A DNA stretch of 64,000 nt from an uncultured bacterium (GTDB taxonomy: Bacteria; Verrucomicrobiota; Verrucomicrobiia; Verrucomicrobiales; DEV007), in the NCBI GenBank assembly GCA_963977015.1, contig CAXBMO010000014.1, forward strand, positions 64,001 to 128,000, in the 5' to 3' direction. The position numbers and the translations under genes were made by a program. The notes under the pieces are model-generated. The model was not told the origin of the DNA. It did not search any database and saw only the letters and a list, made by a program, of their open reading frames with translations. The number at the start of each line of letters is the position of its first letter. Within the stretch, counting starts at the first letter, position 1. Below, one piece after another: positions 50,220 through 62,200 of this stretch.

Positions 50220-53200
50220 ATGACCCCCTCTATACTTAAGCGGCTTCAAGCCATCTTAAATCGCGACTCCGGCAGTCAGCGTCAGCTTCAAATGGAACAG
50301 TTGGAGCCTCGGATTCTTTATTCAGCAGCCCCAGTTGAGGCCGCGCCTGAAGCAGAGATGAGTTCCGAGCCTGCGCAAAATGCACCAGCTGCCGCGCCTG
50401 CGGATGAATCGTCCCACGCGGCAGATCCTGCTCCGGCACAAGGGGAAAATTCTGCAGCGTCAATCTTGGAGACCGAGGTCGTGGTCTTGCCAGAAACTAC
50501 CGAGGCTGCAGATTCGACCTACCCCGGAGGGGAGGCGAGTGGAGACGTAGCTGCTGGCAACGAGTTGGATCAGCAGATGTTGGAAAATATCGCGGCTGCC
50601 GCGGCAGATCGTTGGGCGGAGTCCGGTTTGAGCGCGGAGCAAAGCGCGGCGTTGAGCAACGTGGTTTACGAGATCGCCGACCTGAGCGGCAATCACCTGG
50701 GAGCAGCGGAAGGTAACGTTGTCACCATCGATATTGACGCTGCGGGACACGGCTGGTTTGTCGACGAAACGCCATTGCAGGACGAGGAGTTCGTGGCTGA
50801 CATCGGTACGCCAACCCGGCTGTTTTCAACGGATCCGAATGGGCGGATGGATTTGCTGACGGTATTACTGCACGAGCAGGGACACATTTTAGGATTGGAC
50901 CATGAGGAAACGAATGCATCGAGTGTGATGTACGACACGTTCTGGGCAGACGAACGTGTCTTGATCGATGAAGGACAGGCTGCGGGCGCGGTCGCGGGGA
51001 GTTTGGAAGGGATCCATTCCGCCACGACCGACACGGTGATCGCCGGTTACGATTTCGATGACGGGACTGACGATGACGGCACGGCAACCGTCACCGCTGG
51101 TGAGGCGGACAATGCCACCGCGGCGGTGACTGTGAAGAATGCAAATGTCACTGCGAGTGATTTTAGTGTTGGCGCGGGGCTCAAGTTTCTGATCAATCAG
51201 GATAACGGCAACAGCAATTTCAGTGACCTCGACGCGGAAGGGAATGAATTTGGAACCGAAAACGGTTTCGAGTTCGGTGGGGCTCAAAACGCTTTTGAGT
51301 TCACCGACATGGACAACAACAATAACCTCGGGTTGGCGATCACTAACGATGACTACATGGCCTTCACGGTGACCCCGGATGAACGGTATGAGATGGATCT
51401 GTCCAATTTTACCTTTTTGTCCAGAGTAAACAACACCAACAATTCGGCAGAACGTTGGGCTTTATTTTCTTCAATCGATGGGTTCGCCGAAGGTGATCAG
51501 ATCGGAGAGGGACGAAATAATGGAAATGACGGCCAGTACAATGCTTTTACGGTTGGTTTGTCCGATCCGAAATTCCAGAATCTCACCGAAGCAACAGAAT
51601 TTCGACTCTACATCTACGGAGGAAATCAAACTTCCAATTCCGCCACACTGTTCGACAAAGTCATCGTCAACGGCACGACCGTCCCGACGGTCGTCTACGT
51701 CGATGATAACTGGGCTGCTGGCGGGAGCGATCCTCAGAGCAATGGCCAGGCGATAACTGACGCGGACTTAGGGACTTCGTCAGATCAAGGTGCCGTGTAT
51801 GGCGATAACGGTTTTGCAACGGTCGAAGCCGCGCTTGCAGCGGTGGCGGATGGAGGAACGGTCATCATCAATCAAGGCACCTATGCTGAAAATCTGAACC
51901 TTTCCAAAGCGGTGACCTTTCAGGTGACTGGACCAAATGTGGAACAAACCGCGACGATCAGCGGAGAGATTTCAGGGGTGGAAGCGCTGACGAAGTCCGG
52001 TTCGGGGACTTTGGTGGTGAGTGGAGACAACACCTACTCTGGCGGGACAACGATTTCACAGGGAACATTGTCGACGACCACTAATTCCACGGCGCTCGGC
52101 ACCGGGACCGTGAACATGAATGGTGGAATCCTGCGGACGACGGTTAGTCTGGGCAACGAGATCAGCTTGAACGATGTGACCACAACCACTTCGAACACGA
52201 TTGAAGTGGATGGCAACTACCATGTTCTCAGTGGTAAGGTTACTGGAGCCGGAGGTTTGACCGTGGGGAAGGTCGGCGGCGGAAACGACGGCTTGGCGTT
52301 GTCCAATTCGGCGAACGACTTTCAGGGTGACTTAACTATTACGGGTAGCAGCGCTTTCCTTCGACTTGATACCGATGGCGTCATTCCTGATACTGCTAAC
52401 GTTCTTGTGGGTAATGGCGCGGCCCTCCGACTGGAAGGGGATGCCCGAACGGAGACCATCGCGGGTCTCAGCGGCGGTGGTCGGATTTTTGCAGTGAATT
52501 CTGGCGGTGGGGCCACGCTGATCGTCGGAGCTGGCGATGCCACGAGTGAATTTTCGGGTCAGATTGGTGGCGGCGGCGCCAACAACAAGAATATCAGTCT
52601 GGAGAAGATCGGGAACGGAACGTTCACGTTGGCGGGAACGACTTCGGACTACACCGGCACCACCACTATCACTAGCGGTATTTTGCGAGCGGATGCGGCG
52701 GATGTTGTCGCTACGTCAGGAGCTTTGGGCGTCGGTAATATTACGTTCTCTGGGGGCACGTTGCAGTACACCGTGAACAGCGCGGGCACCGATTACAGTG
52801 CTCGTATCGTCGACAGCTCCAGTGCGATTACGCTCGATACCAACGGTCAGGAGGTCACTTTGAGCAATGACTTTGCTAGCACCAACACTGGCGGCTTGAC
52901 CAAACTCGGAACGGGAACGCTGACAGTGGAGTTTCCAGATACGGGGAGCTACGATGGTCTCACCAGGGTCGATGGAGGAGAGTTGAAGGTACTGAATGAT
53001 GACGGGGCACTGCAAAGATGGCGGGCCGGTAATTTCGAAATCAACAATGGCTCCACTTTGGAAATTGGAGGAGACGACACCACTGTCTTTCAAGGATTAA
53101 CATGGACCTTCGATAGCAATGGAGGGGGTACGGTTAATTTGGTGGGAAATACCATTTTCCAGACTAACAACAATACGTTCGTAACCACAGGTGGATTGAA

Positions 53201-56200
53201 AAACACCATCAGCGGTGTGCGATACAATTTGCAGAATTCGAACACGATAAATTACAATGTCGCGCAGGGCACGGATGTTTCGGGTATTGATCTAGAAGTG
53301 TCTGCCAGGCACGACCGGGGTTCTATCGTCAAGACCGGACTCGGGACCGTAGCCCTGACTGACACGACTAACAATTTGAGAAGTGACAACACGATCACGA
53401 TCAATGCGGGTGCGTTGGAGATCGCTGAAGGCGGAAGGCTGAGCAATGGCAACTGGGATGGTGCCATCATCAACGACGGTATCTTCAGGCATAACAGCAG
53501 CGCGGATCAGACGCTGAGCGGGGTGATTTCCGGGACAGGAACGCTCGAAATGTCTGGCTCGGGAGAGATGACTCTGAGCGGCGTCAACACCTACACTGGA
53601 GCCACAGACGTCAATTCGGGAACGCTGACCGTGGGGGGAGAGATCGGCAATGGCGGACCAGCGGGCGTTGTCACGGTTGCCAGCGGGGCGTTCCTGGCGG
53701 GCTCGGGAACGATTCGCGCCCAGGTGGATGCCAGCGCGGGTAGCATCATCCCGGGTGGAGTCGGCTCGGCGGGCGCGTTGACGGTGGACGGAGTGCTCAA
53801 TTTCGGGACCGGATCGACAACCGGGGTCTTTTCCGCGGAATTGGACAGTGGAAGCAATGACTCGATCGTGGTCACAGGCGCGGTGAACCTCACCGATGTG
53901 ACACTCAATCCGTTGACGATCGGAGGGTTCGTTGCCACGGACGGCGCTCAGGTAACCCTGATCGACAACCAACAGAGCGGTGTCGCGGTCACTGGAACCT
54001 TCAACGGTCTGGCCGATGGCGCTGAGATCACCGAGTTGGCCTCCGGTGACATCAAAGCTTACATCAGCTACTTCGGCGGCGATGGGAACGACGTCACGAT
54101 TTCGTTCATCGACACCGTCACTCCGGGCACGGTCACCGTGGCGGACAACCCGAATCTGGACTTTGACACCACGTTTACCTTTCAGATCTCCGGGGACACC
54201 CTGCAAGTGCTGGCGAACGGCCAAGTGGTGGACGCGCGCCCAATCGCCGCAGTCAAGAATCTCGTCATCAACGGCGATGACGCCATTCCAGGCGATGAAG
54301 GCGACGATACCTTCACGATCGATTACACCCTCGATCCGAGGTTGTTGGACATCGACATCACCTTCAACGGCGGTGGTCAGGCTACGGCCGCGGGTGATAC
54401 GCTCTTCGTGACCGGCGGGACGTTCGGCACGGTGACGCATAACCTCACCAACACGACGGATGGCAACATCCACATCGATGGGGACGGCGTCGCTGACATC
54501 ACTTACACTGGTTTGGAGCCAGTTGATATGACCGGGAGCACCGCGACGGATTTCGTCTTCAATCTACCGGCGGGCGCGAACCCCGACGTGGTTTTGCGCA
54601 ATAGCGCGACCGCGGGCGAGATGGAATTGGTCGGCTCGACGTTTGAGTCGACGATTTTCACGGTTCCGAGCGGTTCGATCACGATTAACGGCAACACCGG
54701 GGCTGACACGATCACGATCGAGAGCCTCGACGCGGCTTTCGCAGCCGACATCGTCGTGGACGTGGGCGACGGGACGGATTCGGTGACGATTTCCGGCGCA
54801 CTGGACTACGACGGCGATCTGACGATCACGGCGGAAACGATCAATTTGAATGCCCGGGTCGACACCACAACGGGCGACCAGACTTACAACGGCGATGTGG
54901 TGCAGGGCGTGACCGGACTGATGCGGTTGACGGCGGCGAACATCCGTTTCAACGGCGACACCACGCTTCAAAGCGGCGGCTCCAATGAATTTCAACTTCT
55001 CGCGGCTCAAGTCACCAACTCGGCGGCCGGGACGTTCGATGTGAATGGCGGGCGGCTCAAACTGGAAAGCAGCACCCATATCGTCAATGAGGGGAACTTC
55101 GAAATCGGGACCAACGGCTCAGTGCCAATCTTTGGCGGAACCTCGGCCCGCATCACCAACAACGGCACGTTCACCCACAACGGATCGCAGATCCGCCTCT
55201 ACATGGAGATCATCAACAACGGGACCATGGTGATCGACAATCCTTCCGGAACGGCTGAGATTCAGTTCAAGGCGCCGAGTTCGATCGGTTCGGGTGGAGT
55301 CATCACCAACAACGGCACGCTGAACATTAGCGAAGCGGCCGCCCGGTTCGATGAAGCTGGCGCGATCGTTAACGCGAACGGCGGGATCATCAACGTCACC
55401 GGCGCGAGCGTGACTTTCGCCGAAAACCTGACGGTGACGAACCAGTCCGGTGGCGCATTGAACCTGAACGGTGGAACGGTCACGGTCAACGACACCACCT
55501 TGACGAACGAATCCGGCGGTACGCTCAATTTGACCGACGGAACCATGACGTTGACCAACAACGGTGCCGCGAACAGCGCAGGCGTGACCAATTTCCTCGG
55601 CGCGGGCTACACGGTCAACGGAACGGGGACGTTCACGAACCAATCGGGCGGCGTCGCGGAACTCGGGAGCGGCGTCACGGTGACGGTTGATGGCGCTGCC
55701 CTGACCAACGATTCCGGCGGCACGCTCAATTTGACCGACGGAACCCTGACGTTGACCAACAACGGCGCCGCGAACAGCGCCGGCGTGACCAATTTCCTCG
55801 GCACGAGCTACACGGTCAACGGAACGGGAACGTTCACGAACCAATCGGGGGGTGTGGCGAACCTGGATAGTGGGAGCGTTACGGTCGATGGAACGACCTT
55901 TACCAACAACTCAGGCGGAGTCGTGAGTTTTGCCGGGGCAAACCTCACCCTTGCGAACACTGCCAGCGTGGTGAATGACGCCGGTGGCGACTTTAACCTG
56001 TCCGGCGGTGCGTATACAATCGACATCAGTGATGCATCCTCCGTTTTGACCAACAACGGGACGACCACATGGACGGCTGGGTCGAGTGGCCACAAAACGA
56101 TTACCGGCTCCGGAACGTTCCTCAACGAGGGCGATTTCATTCATGCCCAAGGCGGGGGAAATGATAATCTGCAATTGACCGGTTCCCTCACCTTTCAGAA

Positions 56201-59200
56201 CAACGGCAACTTTACCTTCGTCGATGAGGGGGATGTGAACATCTCGAGCGGATCCGCGCAATTCCGTAATGCGGGCGTGGTAAACAAGACAACGGATCCG
56301 TCCACCGATCCGAGTTTCTTCTTCGGGAACGGAGATTTTCATGCGCTGGCCGGAAGCGAGGTGCTTTCCACCGTAGCCGGGACGCGGATCCATATTGCGA
56401 CCGGAGGAACCAGTGACGCGGGAGCCGAATGGAATGCGGACGGCGGAAATATCGGACTTGGCAGCACCTGGAGCGGCACGTTTGCCGGAACGTCGTCCAA
56501 CGGCGGGGTGTTGCGTTTGACGGATCCGGGCAGTTCGATCGAGCACAATATTACTGTTGGTACGGGCGGACTTACCTTCAACATCGGGGGTGATGGAGTG
56601 GTTTGGGCGGATGCCGCGATCAATGTGAATGGGCAGTCGCTCACCAATCTCGGCGTGCTTCAAATTGTGGGCACTGGTCTCAAGTCGTTGCAGGGCACGA
56701 TGACGAACTCCGGCACCACGAATGTCGCCGGGGACATCACGGTGACCGGAGGCGAGTTTGTCAACACTTCGGGTTCAACTCTCAATTTCGAATCAGGGAT
56801 CGTAACGTTGACCGGAGCGAACGACGCGTTGCGGAACCAAAGTGGTGGCATCTTCGAAATCGGAACGTCGGGGACGAGTATTCTCGACGGCCTTGGTAGG
56901 CTGATCAATGATTCTGGTGCAACCATCACCTGGAGTGACGGGGCGCTCAGCGTTCGGACCACGGCGACGTTCCAAAACGACGGGATCGTCAATTTCACCA
57001 GCAATAGCAACGAAACACTCTACGGTAACGGAGAGTTCATCAACAACGGCGAGTTCCATCACATTGGCGCCAACACCAATAGTGACAACATTATTGGCTA
57101 CGACGCAGGGACGTTCACCAATAATGGGCTTTTTGCGTTCGATACACGTGGCGATTTTCAGCTGACCGAGAACTACACCTTCACCAACAGTTTCACGGGC
57201 ACGATTCGTAAAACGGCCGATAACAATGCCGATCAGGCTCAGTTCTTCAATAACAATGGCGACACGACAGGCGGTGTTTGGGACAATGAAGGCACGATAG
57301 AAGTGCTGGTAGGAACGATCCGAGTCACAACGACGGCTTCAGGCGGGAGTTTCAAAGACGTGTCCTCGCCGCAAGTTGTTGGAACGGAATTGACCGGAGG
57401 AACCTGGATCGCGAATCCGACCGGCGCCAACAACGCTATTATCGATCTCGAACCGGCTGAACCGAACGGGATCGTCACGATCGGAACCAATGCCACGGTC
57501 TCATTATCGGGATCGACGGGGCGTTTTGTTCAGCTCACCAATTTTCTCGCTCAAATCGACGGCTCGCTCACGTTGAACAGCGGTCAGGTCCTCGACGCGG
57601 CGAATGATGTCACCGTTTCCAGCACCGGAACGTTGGCCGGCAACGGCGGAACCATCATTGGAAACATCACCGTGCAATCCGGCGGCACGCTCTCTCCGGG
57701 AGACGGCGCGGCGGATGAGGGGACACTCACCGTAACGGGCGATTTGACGCTGGAAGGCGACGTCAACATCGACATCTCCGGTGATCACCTTGCCACAGGC
57801 CAGGACTCCATTTCGGTCAGCGGCGCCGTCACCGTCGGTGGAAGTCTGAACTTGAACGTAGATCCGGCGACCGATTTCACCGGGATGGTCGCGGGCACGG
57901 AAATCGTGCTGATTTCCGGCGGTAGTCTTGCGGTGACCGATCCATTCACCGGATTCCACGATGGCATCGCGCTCACGATCGGAGGGGCGGAATTCACGCT
58001 CGATTATGGCGGTGTTAGTGGGAACGACGTGGTCCTGACCGCGCAAGGCGTTGCTCAAACCTCGGTCACGCTAGATGGCTCCAACAACCTCGTGATCACC
58101 GACCTCGCCAACGAAGACGACACGCTCTCGATCGCGGTGGGCGCGAATCCAGTTTCGGGCGGCGGCGGCGGCTACATCATCACCGATACAACGCAGGTGA
58201 TCAGCACGGCGATTCCCAACGCGGTGCGCGTCAGCGAGCATCAGGTCTTCATCGACTTCGGCGACATTGCCGGAGCTGAAATTCAGGTCGGGACCGGCGA
58301 CGGCACTGATATGCTGACTCTCAACTTCGGCAGCGGCGACGCGACGGCGTTCCAGCAGCGCGTCATCTTCACCGGCGGCGAAAGCGTGGGCGACAACGAC
58401 ACCCTCACGATCGCCAACGGCGTTTTCGGCGTGGTGACGCACACCGCGACCGCCGGCGAGGCGGGGACGATCAATTTGGATTCGGCGGGAGCGACGGAGA
58501 TCGAATATTCGCAGCTTGAGCCGGTTGACATGAGCGGCAGTACGGCGACGGACTTCATTTTCAACCTGCCGGGAACGGTGGACAATGCGCAATTGAGCGA
58601 ATCGGGCGGGCTGCTCACACTTGAGAGCACTGACCTCACGCCGACCTTCGAATCCACGACGTTCGCGGCGCCGACCGGCTCGATCACGATCAATGGCGGC
58701 GCGGGCGCGGACACGCTGACGATCTCGACAGCGATCGACCTGACGGCGAACGGCACCAGCCTGACGATCAACTCTGAATCGATCAATCTGAATGGAGGCG
58801 CGGTTGATACAGGGGCGGGCAACCAGCGCTACAACGGCGTGGCGACGCTCGGCGCCGACACCACCCTGATAGGGAACGACGTGACCTTCACCAACACGGT
58901 GGATTCTGACGGGACGGCGCGGAGTTTGACCACGAGCGTCGCCGGGACCCTGACCTTGCGGAACAACATCGGCGCGACCAACGCGTTGAGCGCACTCGAC
59001 ACCGGCACGACCGGGACGACTCACATCTTTGGCAACACAGTGCTCGACAATCTGGCCACCGGTCCTGGGGCCGGTTTAATTTTCAACTTCGACGCCTCCT
59101 TCGATCCCAACACGGAGGACAACCTCGTGCCCGATCTGGCGGGAGCCGTGGGCACGGGCGGGGTCGGTGGCGGACCGTTCTCGCTTCTGATCGACGACAG

Positions 59201-62200
59201 CCCTGCGATCACCTTTGCCAACAACCCGTCCGCAGGTTTCGCGGGCATCACTGGGGCCTACGTTTTGCCGGGGGCCCTCGGCGGTTCGGCAGATAGCCAA
59301 CGCGGTGAGGCGGGGCTTGAGTTGCAAGCAGGCGGCGCTGACGAATCGCCATCTGACGTTGATCACGCGGCAACGGGCGTTCCTGATGTGGACGTCAGCG
59401 ACGTTACGTTCGAGCTCTGGATCAAGCCCACTGATCTGACCGGTGACGAAGTGATTTGGGAAACGGGCGGCGGAACGGGGACGGGCTTCGCGCTGGAAGA
59501 CAATCTTCTGGCGTTTCAAGTAATCAGTAGCGGCAACAACGCCCGGGTAACCTACGATCTCAGCGGCGATCCCCTGACCATCTTCGGCGGCGGCGCGGCG
59601 ACCGACGATTTCATCCAGGTCACCGGCACGATCAACATGGCGACGGATACCATCGAGTTGTTCGTCAACGGTACATCGGTAGGCTCCGACGTGAAGCCGT
59701 CCGCCATTAATGATTGGGACGGCGGTGATCCGTCGGGTCTTGGCACGGTTGGCGGTGGCAACATGGGCGGTTACGGCGGCGGAGCGCAGAGTTTTCGGCC
59801 GTTGGACGGCCAGATTTCGGTTTTCCGTCTCTACAGCGGAATTCTGGATCAAACCGACATCCAGACGAATTTTAGCGCGGTTCAGGCCGGCGGTCAGACC
59901 GAGATTTCGCTGCGGACGTCCGGTGATCAGACCTTTGGGAACACGCTCTCGCTCGGCATCGCCACGGTGGTGGAAGGCAACGACGTGACTTTCAATGGCA
60001 CGATCGATGCCGACCCGGCTTCGGCGGCGCTCGGCGCCCTCACGGTCAACACGACCGGTGGCGGCGTGACCGATTTCAACGGCGTGATCGGCGGGACAGC
60101 GGCGCTCGGCGGCTTGGCCACGAATGCGGACGGAGCGGTCACGCTCGACAGCACCGGAATCACTTCGGTCGGGGCGATCGACTTCGCCGACAACTTCACC
60201 GCGAGCGTCAACACTACGTTTGACGCCGCAACGGTCACGTTCGGTGGGACCAGCACTTTTCTCGGAACAGCGACGATCAACGCGATCAGCGCGACATTCA
60301 CCGGGAACGCGACCTTCAACGCGCTCACCGATCTCAACATCGGCGGCGATCTCGACTTCTTGGCCGCTGCTGACTTCAACGCAGTCTCCGACCTCGATGT
60401 GAGCGACAACGCGACCTTCGCGGGTGCGGTCACGATCGGCGGCGCGGCCACGGTCGACGCGCAGGACATCACCTATTCCTCGACGATCGACTCGACGGTT
60501 GGCACGAATCAGTCGCTGACCCTGACCACGACTGGAAGCGGCGTGACCACGGTCGACGGCGTGGTTGGCGGGACCGACGCGCTCGACTCACTTGTCATCA
60601 GCGGCGGCTCGCGGGCGGATATTGGCGCGGGAACGATCGGCTTGGGCGGTACTGGCGTCCTAACGTTCAATACGGCGGTTAGTCTGACGTCGAACCTCGT
60701 CATCACCGATGACGGGACTGGCGATACGACCTTCAACTCGACGCTCGACGGCGCGTTCGCGCTGACGGTGAACACGCCGGGCGGCGGCAACACCTTTTTC
60801 AAGGGAAACGTCGGCGCGACGACCGCGCTGACCTCGGTGACGACCGACGCAATTGGTGGCACTGAAATCAGCGGAATCCCAGCGGTTCCGAACGGCAATT
60901 TGCTGCTGAATTTCGACGCGGACCGCGAGACGGCGGCAGCCGCCGGCATTTTCGAAGGCCTGCTCTTCGGAGCGAACGACGCCGAGCGATTCTCCAATAT
61001 GGGCGCCACCGGAATCACTTTTGGAGCGGCGGCGACCTCGTTGGGCGGAATCCGGAGCGCCTACAGCTTCGACGGAACGTCTCGTGGAACCTCGGACGCG
61101 CTCGCGACGCTTCCCGGAAACCCGACGGATACCGACGCCGCTCTGGAATTCTGGATCAGGCCTGACACGACCAACGCCGGTTCGACCTACCTGATTTACG
61201 AAACTGGCGGAAGCGGAACCGGCACGTCGGTGGTCTACGACGTGGACACCGACACGGTCACGTGGACGGTTGACGACGATTCCGTGCAGCGCTCGGTCAG
61301 CGGAGCGCTCGGCGCGGCAGACGGTGAATTCCATCAGGTGTTTCTGACTTACGATCGCGACAATTCGAACCGCGACATCCTCACGCTTTACGTCGATGGG
61401 GTGTTCCTCGACGACAACATCTCGGGCACCAGCGATCCGGATGACGCGACGGACGTCAACACCAACAGCATCAACAACCTGGACGGCACCGATGGCGCTG
61501 GCCTAGGGGGCGTGAACAACGACGTCGCCGCTACGACCCCTGCTTCGACCAATTACATCGGCGAGATCGCCAAGATGCGGTTCTACACCAACGCGGTCGC
61601 TCAGGCTGGGATCCAAGCGAACTACGACGCGGTGGCGAATCATGTGACGACGGTCACGACCTCCGGCGACCAGACATACGGCGACGCGGTCACGCTGGCG
61701 AATGACGTCACGATTTCGGCGAACGACGCCACCTTCAGCTCCACGGTCGACACCGCGACCGGGGCGATCCAGGCGGCTCTGACCGTGAACACCACTGGCG
61801 GCGGGGTCACAACCTTTGGCGGCGCGGTTGGTGCGACCGGCCCCCTGGGCAATCTGACAACGAACTTCGACGGACGGACCGACATTGCCGGCAGCATCAC
61901 GACCACCGCAAATCAAACCTATGGCGACGCGGTGACGATTCTGGCCGACGCGACCCTCACGGGCGTCGATGTGACCTTCGGATGGACGCTTGATGAAGGC
62001 GCTGGAGCGACCGGGTCGAACCTTACGGTCAATGCGAGCGGCACAACCCGTTTCGCCGCCGATGTGGGCGGCATCACCCAACTCGACAGTCTAGCTACTG
62101 ACAGCGCGGGCACCACCGTGTTCGGCAACACTCTCGGGACGGCGAATGAGCTCTTCCTTCCATTGGAAAGCCAATCCGGCGGTCTGACGGCCGACACCTC

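Noticed and set aside
49714-50223. 169-aa ORF between the giants
   Set aside because: TTG start, no motifs, and it runs through a terminator-like hairpin; not strictly excluded
28600-55900. Possible diversity-generating retroelement TR/VR pairs
   Set aside because: Mismatches inspected are not adenine-specific, both copies are coding, and no reverse transcriptase is in the window
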